DNA of 61,722 bases, the filler included, from Choristocarpus tenellus KU-1152 (lineage: Eukaryota > Protista > Phaeophyceae), in assembly GCA_964200185.2 (NCBI GenBank). It is 10 parts of 10 records of this genome, joined end to end, with 100 filler letters (N's around TTAATTAATTAA, not from the genome) between each part and the next. Parts side by side here need not be neighbours in the genome. Positions count along the whole stretch, not along the records: positions 13,821 to 17,848 come from CAXNAD020016598.1; positions 17,949 to 27,926 come from CAXNAD020003228.1; 8 more parts are not named here. One strand, 5' to 3'. Below are positions 13,825 through 24,747 of the stretch, piece by piece; position 1 is the first letter of the stretch; each line of letters opens with the position of its first letter. A program made the position numbers and the translations under genes. The notes under the pieces are model-generated. The model was given only the letters and a program-made list of their open reading frames with translations, made no database searches and was not told the DNA's origin.

Positions 13825-14414
13825 GTGTACGAGGCCTCGTGCCCTTCTGGCCAGCCTGGGCACCCTTATTGATTCCTGACACCCTTACCCATGGGGCCCT
13901 TGTGACATGGTGGACATACATGAGTATCGTGGCAGCAGACGTGGGTGCCTACTTTACAGGCAAGGCCAGGGGAAAGACCAAGCTGTCCACTCTCAGTGCC
14001 TCTGCAGGATATGCCTCACCAAATAAGACTGTGGAAGGGGTGCTGGGAGGCCTCATGAGCTCTGTGCTCATGTCAATGCTTGGTGCTTGTATGCTCCGCT
14101 GGCCTGCCTGGGCTGCCACCGGGGCAGTGTATGGGGCCATGTTGTGTTTGGTGGGCCTAGTGGGAGACCTAACTGCCTCAATGTTCAAGCGGGATGCTGG
14201 CTTCAAGGACTCTGGGGATATATTCCCAGGCCATGGGGGTTACCTGGACCGATGCGATAGCTACATCTTCACCGCTCCTCCTGCATACCTCTTTGTGACA
14301 CTTGTGCTTCCCCTTGTCACTAGGATGGTGAGTCTTTTTAAGGGTACAGCTCTAGGGCTAGGGTTAGATCTAGTGCTAGTAGGGGGCACCCTTTGCCCTA
14401 AGATGTTTTGCTGA
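13825..14414 (+). CDS. cdsA: Phosphatidate cytidylyltransferase (CDP-DAG synthase, CdsA type), 3' exon, partial
   Basis: DVGAYFTGK..GKTKL..SPNKTVEG..GG and GDLTASMFKRDAGFKDSGDIFPGHGGYLDRCDS signature. True end may be spliced at the donor near 14328. Confidence 0.92.
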
Positions 14415-16374
14415 TTTATGTGATTCTCTTCTCTCCAATCTGAAGTCTCTTCACTCTACTGTGATCCCCCCCTCCCCATGCCCTTGTTGTTGTTTATCTT
14501 TCTGTCTACCCATCCCTGTGTCCAGGTTGGATGAGACCTGGAGAATATTTTTTGAGGGCTTAGATATTTATTGTGCGATAGTGCTGGAGTCCAGAGGACG
14601 GAATTTGGAGAGTTCCATGTCATTGACAGTTGCTCGTGGGTTAGCCACTCCGTTGCTTTCCCACCTCAACCGATAACCTTCCCGTCCTGGTGGGAAGCCT
14701 CTTGATTACAGGTATTGTTTATGAGCATTGATCAACGCTGCACTAGCTTTCCATTTACCCATGGGCACGCCAAAGTCTTACACTGTGTTGTTCAGGGGAC
14801 CTGAGAGAGGTGCTTCGTGAGGGGTCAAGGGCGAGGTAGATTTTGGAGCTTGCTTCTGATGCCATAACCTGACAGCATGTATGTGGCGCTACTCTCTGTT
14901 CCTTGTACTCTTACACCCTGTTTTGAGATCGATTGAGAATGGTTATCGTCTGAGTATTTCTCTTTCCATTGCGCTTCTGTGTGGATCCTTGTGTGAGGAT
15001 GTAGAATAATCACTTGATTTAGTAGTACAGAAGGTGTGCTTCACGGTATAAATTATGCCCACCTGTAGTGTTGTATTCCAGTTGAGCAGTGTATGGCACA
15101 GGGATTGCCTGTGAATGATACCATGCCTGTCCTGAACCATTGACCTTAGATTGATCTGGTCACCCCATTTAATAGTTTAGGGTAGATATTTTTCTTTTTG
15201 GATCTGTGAAGAAGGGGGAATTACTACACAGATCATACAAATGCATGTCATGTGGTCGAGATGTTTTAGATACCCTGAGATTCCTTCAGATACCTTAACC
15301 GCCTCGAGCGGCCCCCGCACCCAACGCACTCTCAATGACACTGCTCTCTGCACAGTTGAGTGGAAAATACATTGCTTCTCTCATTGCATGGAGAAAAGAC
15401 ACTTCTGAATGTGTTTCATTAGCACATTGAGCTCCACTTGCTTGCAGCAGGTTGTCAGAGGCCACAGTCAGCCTATATTGTTCACTGTGGCAAATCAAGT
15501 GTGACAAGCAACGAGAGTCCCTGCTTATCTGATGTTGAGTTTGGATTGCTGTTGGGAAAGATGTGCCAGTCTGTTACAGCGGCAGTGCACTTGCCTCTGC
15601 TGTGTGAGGAGTGTGGATCGTGTGGATATTGTGAGTAAGGGGGACGGAGAGACCAGGGGGTCTACAGTTTTGCTAACCACAACTGGTCCTTGTTTTTTGT
15701 GTAGGGTATTGTCAACTACGGTCTGGCGTGCTTTGAACTGTAGACCTGTTTGTTAGACTCTCACGTCTGTTTCTGGAACAGTATCTTTCACAACAGTTGG
15801 TATTTTAGCACATGTATGCCTTGAGGGTAAATCATGGATAAACACAAAAATCTGGTTAACCACATCAAAGGTACGTTTGTTGTTTGATCAGAAAGGGTCA
15901 AGATTTCACTTTATTAATATCTGAACAAGATTATTTGAAGTTGGCATATACTACTACGATACGACTACACTGACGTTATTATCGCTGTACTTCGAAATTA
16001 CTATTTTTTGTCAGAAAATGATGGTTTGGAATTCCGATTCAATACTACTTTCATATTATCTCATTTCAACGCAATAGCTTGGGGACTAGCCCAAAGACGC
16101 ACCTCCTGTGGTCAACACCACAACACACTGCACTACTTATACTTATCAGGGAAGTAAATAAGTCGATTTGTCTGGGGGCCACGGATTTTGATGATAATTG
16201 ATATACCACTGCCCACTAAATATTGGGGAGGTCGAGAACTTGTTATTATGAAAATGTGAGCTGAATTCATCATGCCATCATCAATCCGGGCTATCGTAAA
16301 TGAATCCCGAGGGAGTGTACCTTGTGGTGAGTATTTTGAATCGAATTATACTTGTGTTGTGACAGACATTGTAT

Positions 16375-16670
16375 GTCGTAAACAGGATTTGACGACTCCT
16401 TTCCTGCTGTAGGGCATCCCTCTCCCCCCTACTGTGTGCGTAGCCAACTCAATAAATATATAATTATTATGCCCTCCGACATTTTACAGATAGATGTGTC
16501 GGGGGGAAAATAATGAAAAGTCATTCAAATGCTATAACCCCTAAAAAGTAACAGTTGTCGTAAAAGTGGAAGATAATTTTCTATCATCTATTTACTATTT
16601 TACTACTAGCTATGCTACACCACTGCCCTCCTCCTGTGCCTCCAACCTACCTTAGTCCTGCACTCAATAA
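16375..16670 (-). mobile_element. 3' fragments of the RLE-type LINE family (coding tail plus conserved downstream tail)
   Basis: aacaggattt..ctcctt..ccccta..gcgtagccaactc matches 44304-44376; aaaagtaacagttgt..ctattttacta..ctacaccact..cctccaaccta matches 44048-44150 and 17445-17550. Confidence 0.65.
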
Positions 16671-16699
16671 ATACCATCACATGTTACATGTTAGAAACT

Positions 16700-16963
16700 G
16701 AGTGTAAGTATCTTAGGGTTAGGGTACGAGTTTTGTCCTGTTTGTCCGTTTGGGGCTTGGCTTCCTGTGTTTTCTCATGACATTTTCCTACTCCAAAATG
16801 TTTCGGAGTAGGTAAAATGTGTACGTTATGAAAAAAAGGTGTGTCCGGAACAAGGATATTGTCACTTTTCAATTAATATGATAGCCAAAATAACATAAAA
16901 ATCGCAACATTGGAGTTTGGCCCCCAAATGGACGCGGCTCTACCCTCTAAGGTACTTTGGTTC
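16700..16963 (-). mobile_element. MITE family A (~260 bp, Sola2-like), TSD AACT
   Basis: TIR gagtgtaagtatcttag.. / ..taccctctaaggtactttggttc; AACT at 16696-99 and 16964-67. Confidence 0.88.
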
Positions 16964-17052
16964 AACTTTCCAATGGAGGATACCGTCACTTTGTTTAGTT
17001 ATTTAGTATGCCTTGAACATGCACCACCACAAAATAATCTGTTGTTCTATTG

Positions 17053-17312
17053 GAGCCAAAGTATCTCAGAGGGTGGAGCTGCGTCCATTTGGGGGCCAAA
17101 ATCCAACGTTGCGATTTTGATGTTATTTTGGCTATTATCGTGTTTGTTAGGAAGTGTCAATATCCTTGTTGCGGACACACCTTTTCATAAGGTACACATT
17201 TTACCTACTCCGAAATATTTGGAGAAGGAAAATGTCATAAAAAAAACGAGGGAAGCCAAACCCCAAATGGACAAACAGGGCAATACTCGTACCCTCTAAG
17301 ATACTTTCACTC
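17053..17312 (+). mobile_element. MITE family A, TSD ATTG
   Basis: gagccaaagtatctcagagggt ... taccctctaagatactttcactc; ATTG on both sides. Confidence 0.9.
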
Positions 17313-17349
17313 ATTGTTCAGTTCTTCAAGAGTTATTCTATAAACCTGT

Positions 17350-17848
17350 CCCTAATTTTATTATTATGCCCTTTGACATTTGATTAATATTTTACAAATG
17401 TGCCAGGGGAAAAACTAATGAAAACTATTTACATGTCTGAGGAAAGAAGTAGCAGTTGTCACAAAAGTGAAAAACGTTAAGTCTATTTCCTATTTTACTA
17501 CTATATATCTATGTTGTACTACTTACTGCCTTCCTGTGTCCCAAACCTATTCCTGCACCCCAGGGTGAGGAGCTAGGGAAGCATCCCACGAATCTAATAA
17601 ACCCCTCCTTGCCCATCTCCCTGATGACTCCAGCTTAATATGCATGACCCGTCTAGACAGGGCTAGATCCATCCGGTAATTCCTGTCGACTGTGAAGGGG
17701 CTACCATCCTCCATAGTGCAAGGGATGCCCATCCTCTTGCATAGTTGGCCGAGTCGTTTCATCATAGGGGTGTGTTATTGCACCTGGCCTCCTGCCCTGG
17801 GGCAGGTACAGGCATGTATGGTGTTGACATTTTGCCTCCTGCGCCCAG
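17350..17848 (-). mobile_element. Internally deleted 3' copy of the RLE-type LINE
   Basis: ORF 17547..17765: EDGSPFTVDRNYRMD fused directly to ALSRRVMHIKLESSGRWARRGLLDSWDASL, followed by the conserved tail. Confidence 0.72.
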
Positions 17849-18405
17849 NNNNNNNNNNNNNNNNNNNNNNNNNNNNNNNNNNNNNNNNNNNNTTAATTAA
17901 TTAANNNNNNNNNNNNNNNNNNNNNNNNNNNNNNNNNNNNNNNNNNNNCATCCTCATAGTCCTGCACCATCCTCAATTTTGAGAAATCCCTGTTAATCGC
18001 TGTTACGTGTCTGATACTCCCAACTGTATTTGCAGCTCCACCCGTAGTGTCCATGTGCGTCCCAGCAATTATTACCAAATTTGATTATGTAAGAAAAAAA
18101 ACACTATCAGCTGTGTGTGGTGGTGTGGAAAGCCTCAAGGTCGTCTTGGAGGCACCACCACCAGTTTTTCTAGACCTCCCTTCTCCCCCTTTGGTTTCTT
18201 AGCATTGAGTTTTCCAAGCATTAGGTTCTCGAGTAAGCATCCATGGCCCATTCATAATATGAAATCTGCAAACAACAGTCTCCCTTTCTTTGCAGGCACT
18301 GGCCTTGGTGCACTCGCTCACATTCAGGCCTCTTAAGGGCTTCTTCTGTACATGTCAAAAAATGAAAAGTAGTATTCCCCAGATTAAATCAAATAATGGA
18401 GTATT

Positions 18406-18662
18406 GAGTTAAAGTGAACAAGAGGTATCCAGAGTTTCATTTTAAGGATGTTAACAAACATGTGTAAATTTCGGCTTTTTTTACAAATGCATACAGGATA
18501 TTTTCTGGATTCTGTCGAAAATTTCAAACAATAGAGAAATGAACGCTCTTAAGTCAAACTTAGCCTTTCATCCATAAAAACATTTTTGAATTGCAAAAGA
18601 TTGAAAAACAGTCATTAAATGCAAAACGCCCAAAACCTGGGTACCTCTCTTTACTTTCAGTC
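18406..18662. mobile_element. MITE family C
   Basis: gagttaaagtgaacaagaggtatccag ... aaaacctgggtacctctcttactttc; colinear with the 11975 copy. Confidence 0.8.
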
Positions 18663-20920
18663 TTTAGTGTTCTAGTATTATGATGGAGGATACGATAGTT
18701 ATTAGATATCATGAATTGAGGAATGTCTGGATGGATGCTTCATTCATCTCATCGTACTACATGCTCAAAGATATTGGAACAGTTTATTCTTCGACTCGAG
18801 TGAGTGCATGAGATGTGGAACCAACATTCTTTGGCAATAGCCTCTATTTTCAAGAGTATGTGACATAAACTATACGTCACGCCTCACAACCACTTCACAG
18901 TAGTACTACTACTATGCAGGATATGCTTTTCAGCAATACAATCCATCGATCTGTCTGCAAGGATCAATGGAATAGTTGTGGCTTTCCTCGTGGCTCAGAG
19001 GTTCAGGCACATGTGACGTCCATGAATTTAACGGTTTGATCTCCTTCGATGCTAGACTTCTTTCAGACGAAAATCTGGTTTCGAAGATGCTATTTCCACA
19101 TGGCAAGCACAAGGATCGTACACCTGCTCTATCCTGTCTGTGGCGTATCACAAAAACGCCGGACCAATATCAAGGTGGAAACTTGGGCAGGGTCGGGCAG
19201 AAGGTTCGAGGGAGGAGACCCAATTCTGTTGACAAGAGGTTCCCGATATAATGTACTTGATCGAAGTACACCCAAAAAAGAAAAATAATTTGGACACAGT
19301 ATTACAGGCACTTGGGTGATAGGAAAGAAATAGGACCATTTAAATACTTTGAAGTATACACTAGTATGTACCAGTCAGTCCTAAGCTGTCTTTGATGTTG
19401 GTTCCAATGGTGTAATCCGAGGACATTTGCTTCTTGGTGCTGTACCTTTGGTCGTCCTCATTACTCAGTGGTTAAAGAGGTTCCCTGCACGAACTTCACA
19501 GGTAAGAACCTCACCTACGCCAGACTTCTTTTTGCGGAAATCCGTGTTTTTTATTCCAGTACGACGTGGCAAGTACAATGGATCATGCATCTGCCCTATC
19601 ATGTCTGTCCCTATGCCGCAAAAAAACGTCGGACTGAGATCGAGATGGCAAGGTTGAGGTGGGTCCAAGACAATATTTTGAGTGAGGAGGTGAAAGAGGA
19701 AGCGGTGGGGTCCTGAACCCAGGCAGGAAGGAAGACAGTATGATCAGTTGTAGCGCACCACACCAGTTGGTTGCAGTAGTTGGAATGAAAAGTGGTGTAG
19801 TTTGTAGTGCGTCTGACTTTGGGTCGGGATATTTCCCAGACTAATGTGAAGACAAATCACAACAACAAAAAGTATTCGTGATATTGAAGGGTTTCACTAA
19901 AAGATGCCAATGCAGCTTTCTTTAAAATGCGCTTCCTTGTTCGTCACTTGAGGCCGAATTTGATGTCATTTGAACCCCCAAAGTATTGTGCAACATACTC
20001 TGAAATTCTACTCGATAGTGCCCAACAACTTTAGCCTAATCGCGACCTTCTATACCTTGGTTTCGTTCTTTCCACCTTCCCTTAGTCTTTCCTTGTGTTG
20101 CTACATATTGATGATTGTGATGGGTCGCTCATTGTGATATAGTCCTCTACTGGAGCAGTCTACTCACCCGCCTCAGAACCACCCTGTTGTTTCTGGCTAG
20201 CAGATATACCCTAATTGAAATGTTCAAAATCCAGGTCAAGGACAAGCAGCAGCCAATTGCATTATTTCCTCAACACAAACTTGCCAGAACAAGTCAAGCA
20301 AAGCCCTCCATGGCCTCTGGAAGAATCATTTGCATAAAGGAGATGCTTTGAAGTACTACACACATTTCATCTCCTGCTTGGTGAAGCAGTACACTCTTTG
20401 GTAGTGTGCGAACAAGAATTGTACCTCTGGCAAAATTAGGGGTAGGGAAAGGAAAAAAATGTTCTGGTCCATTGGGTCCATATCCTAAAGCAAAGGGTAT
20501 TTCAAACATGTACTGCTCCTACATAACGATTGGAGAGGTTACACTGTCTTGTTATCTGTTGCCCGGTTAAGACAACTTGAACACTATAGACATTTCTCCA
20601 TCACATCTATCTGCGCTTCTGCTTGTGAGATTGTTTGATTTGTCGCAACTGTGTAGAGAACCAGCAGAGGAAAGCATATTTCACTCTACGGAACTTTGCA
20701 GGGACTATCCTGTACTGGAGACATGCCCTCGACTTGTTTCTCCATCACAATGCAAGGCATCTCTACTTCTACAAGGTTGGGAAAAAGTGAGAGTTGACAA
20801 GCAAGCTTGAAAGAAAAAACTCCATCTTAGTTACATAAAAGTTATGCAATGTACAGTGTAAATGGCAACAACCCCTTGTTAAAGAAAGCGTTTTTGCATA
20901 CCACGAATACCAAATCAGTG

Positions 20921-23900
20921 CTATGGTGGCATTGCAAGATGTACTGCCCTCTCCAAAAACCGTTCCCACTCCTCTACTACTTGTGGGGACTCGTGAATTC
21001 TCTTCTTCCTTAAGCCTATCTTTTCCTCAACTAAAACTCTTCGAGAGGAGTTTGTGACAAGCTCCACAGCCTTGCCCACCATGTCATCCACATCTTTGGC
21101 CACGAGCTCATCCGCCAGGTCCATTTCAAGCAGCTTCAGTACGTTCGTGGAAAACAAAGGTAGTCCGTATTGCAGGCAAAGAGGAGTTGGTGAAGGTGTT
21201 ATCATCATGTCGACTTACGCACTACCACAGTACAGCACAGAAAGAAACAAAAAAAAATGTGTGTTGATTGCCTCATGTCAGCCCAGCCAGTACACACATA
21301 TGCAAGCCCTTCCCAAGCGGGGCCAGTTGCATAAACCGGTGAGTCAGGATTGGAAGAGAGGGATCAATTCACTATCACTCGTGTACTCTTCAATACACAA
21401 GGTCAAAGTATCTGGGGGGGGAGTGGCGGTTGTCCATTTGGGGTCAATTTTTTCATGTTGCGATTTTTTGGTGATTTGGTTCCCTACGTTGGATGGATAA
21501 TGAAAGTGCACTTATCCTGGTTTTGGTCCAAATGGACACTCTGGTGTAGAGCCTCCTCCCCCCCCCAGATACTTTGGGTCTCAGGTCCTCTCTATACATT
21601 CGCTGTGACCCTTGAAGTCCCAATATACCAGTTTCATCACCTGACCCAAGGCAAGCTGGAGAACGGACACTTTTGATGGGAGTGTTACCACAGGGACACC
21701 AAGTGAGAGCGCTTCAGAAGACGTCACTCCAGCTCCCCAGGGAAAAGTATCCAACATCACTTGGCACCCTGCCACCAGGGCCATCATCTGTGGATGTTCA
21801 AGGTAGTCTGTGAAGACTAGCCTAATGAGTGCATTGGCATCCAGAATCTTCCTCCAGCGTGGGAGATGGACCTGTTTTGGACACGTACACCCAGATAATG
21901 TTGATTTTTCTCGAGGTGTGTAATAATCCGGCAGTGATTAGTTGTCTAGATCTGGTCCAAGGGGTGAGAATTAGAAGTATGTGCATGTATGATGAGGGTG
22001 AGTAGGAAAGGTCAGGAGCATAGTGTCATTGAGATGCTTCAGTTTCTATGTTCAACCATACTCTCTGTCATATCAATATATTTCAGAGTGTTCTTGAGCA
22101 AGGCCTCTGGAAATATTTCAGCTCAGTTTCACCTTACTTCCCTTGAGTAAGAGGATCTTTGCTTCCAGGTCAGTTGAGAGCACTCCCTTGATCACTAGAT
22201 CAAAGTCTGGGTGTAGCTTCTTAGAATGCTGCATGCAATGGTACAGATGAGTCTCCCCTTGAAGACCTAGAGATTGAAGGGCAAATGCGATATCTGAAGC
22301 ATTTGGCGATGGTGCCTCTTTATATATGGTGGATAGAGTATCAAAGGACACCACTTGCTCGGTGTAGTCCTGAGAGGAGTCACCAGTTCCAACATGACCA
22401 TCAGTTCGAGATCCAGTATGTAATGCCAAGGAGGTATTCTGGGGAAACATTGAGTCAGCTGCTTGGGCGGCAGTTGCAGCAATGCTTAGACTCTCAGCTG
22501 AGCCAGCAAGTCTGCGAGCCTCTCTGGCATCAAGACCTTTATTTGTTTCAAACATGGTGCTGGATATGAAGTAATCAATACCAAGAGAACCAGATGTTAC
22601 AGGATGTCCATGCCCAAACACGAGTTGCACTGGTGCAAGTCGCCCCAGTGCAAGGAGGTGACTACCCAGTGTGTTCCCCAGGGCCATGTACATAAGGACA
22701 TCCACCTGCTCAAGTACAAGCACAGACATATACCACAACCCAAAAAAGGTCAGTATGCAAGGACAGGTTGACTTGTGGAGATGTTGGGACAGATGAGAGG
22801 CTTTAGGTAAACTGCTTTCATCAGCATATCCATAAATAGAGGTAACACCATGTGAAGAGTACCTTAAGGGGGAAAACTCACCTTTGCAGCTGCAATCACT
22901 TCTCGTTCCCTCCATGTATCAGGTATACCATTGGCGAGTGGGTGCCATGGCATAGTGATTACCCTATCCGCAGCTTCTAGTATTTCCACCCCAGCAGGAG
23001 GGTAGTCAGTTTTCTCGTGTGCAAAGGCGATGAGCTGAAACTTGGATTGACTGAGACCTTTCAATACGGCATAGAGAAGATTGTGGGGTGAGCTATTGCT
23101 GCTTCGCTCCATGACCACCCCAATGGTAATGTACTCTGAGTATCCCTGGTGCGTCTCATGATCCCTTTCTTCGGTAACCCCTGAGGGCTCTCTCCAGCCA
23201 TGCACTGGGTGGAGACCTGACGCTTCACCATGAATTCCAGGGGCCATAGCCACAAGAACGGAGCACATCGATTCCATCAAAGGTCTCATGTTAAATCCCA
23301 AGTACGGCCAAGAAAAGCTTGGTATAAAGATGAGATCCTTACCAGGAGCGGGTACTTCGTCCTTAGAAACAATGGTTCCCACCTCCAGGTCCAAAATGAG
23401 ACGATGCATAGCTTTCGACTTGGCCACATACCTGGCATATATCCAGTCATGATAAATAACGATGGAGAATAAAGCTATTGAGCCGAGAATGTTTTGGTAC
23501 GAGATCAGGTCGTCTAGAACTCCTCTGTCGATGAACTGGGATTTGTGTAACATAGCATCGGCAACTCTCACCTTTCGGTTCCTTGTTTAGAACTGTCCAA
23601 ATGCGGGGAGCAGACGGACGCGATCAATAGCTTTAGATCTAGGCGACCTGGTGTGCGGTTAAGTGAGCTAACATAGTGTTGGAGAGCTTCTGTCTCCCTT
23701 CCACTTTGCTCCAATCGATATCCGTACGACCGGACGGCAAAGGTATTGTCAGGATACAGCTGCATGCTTCGACGGAAGAACTCGTCTTGGACTGATCGAC
23801 TACCACCCTCCATAGATTCGGCCAGATTATATGCCAGGATTCCGGCGGCCTCATTGTTCAACAGATCATCGGCTACGCTGTTGAAATAAGAGAGACGTTG

Positions 23901-24250
23901 TTCATCGTCAATAATGATCCCCAAAAGGTTGTTCAACCTGAGCTCTGCGTCTGGGATCACCCTGGTGTTGATAGCTGAGGGACAAAAGACGTATAATTCA
24001 AGACGGATTAAAAAGCAATAAGGAAAGGATACGGGGCGATGATCTCACTCGAGTTTGTGAAAAAACATGTCCATGAGCCAGTCCGACCTTCCACAAAGAT
24101 GTCAATCGCCTCTTCGAGATCTTTGCTGTCCAACAATGTCGATGCTCCCTGTAATCCCCGCCCTGTTTCAAGTATCGCATCAGCCTTGGCCAGATCGAGC
24201 GCATAGCAAACATGGAAGCAGTAGCTCCACAACAGAACTGCTGAATTAAG
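20921..24250 (-). CDS. TPR-like plus glycosyltransferase family 41 protein (SPINDLY/OGT-like), about 6 exons
   Basis: DVLMYMALG..LALGRLAPVQLVFGHGHPVTSGSLGIDYFISS; YHCMQHSKKLHPDFD; VMLDTFPWGAGVTSSEALSLGVPVVTLP; LEMDLADELVAKD; helical N-terminus; in-frame intron 23432-23571. 5' end approximate. Confidence 0.85.
21400..21580 (+). mobile_element. MITE family B (~180 bp, G-tract TIRs) in an intron of the GT41 gene
   Basis: ggtcaaagtatctggggggg ... cccccccagatactttgggtc; interior matches the 29678 and 38487 copies. Confidence 0.85.
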
Positions 24251-24747
24251 GAGGAACAGAGGTGGGCAGATTATCCTGTACATATATTCGCAGTCCGCTT
24301 GCAAGGATTCAAGGGATATTATTCCATAGTGAAAGAAAGATTTGGGAAAACCCGACAGACCTTCCAAGGGAATACAACACCCTGATGTTTACCTACTGTC
24401 TTAAATCCTCCAAGTGGGACAACACCGAAGCTCTCGTGTGGGTATACCATGGAGAGGAAGTTAAGAGGGATCACTCGATGTCTCGGCCAAGCAGTGAAAG
24501 AGCTAGAGCGCGTGTCCAGCTCCGAGAAGGCCGTCCGAGAGGCAAGTGCGTTCTTTTTGGGTATGCATCACGTATCTTTGTTGGTTAGGGTTGCATGCTA
24601 TGGGCCCACCGACTTCTCAATGTCGCCAAGGACCCTTCTCAACAATGCGGTTGTTTATTCATGTCTGTACACCAGGTGGACAGGTTGTGGATGGAACGCT
24701 TTCACGCCAAAATGCAGGTGCCAGACAACTTGAGTCTAGTGGAGACC

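Noticed and set aside
16910-17299. 129-aa ORF, and similar ORFs at 55346..55786, 43555..43788 and 38396..38737
   Set aside because: Chance read-through of non-coding MITE copies.
19480-19530. tRNA-like A-box TCAGTGGTTAAAG
   Set aside because: No B-box or cloverleaf.
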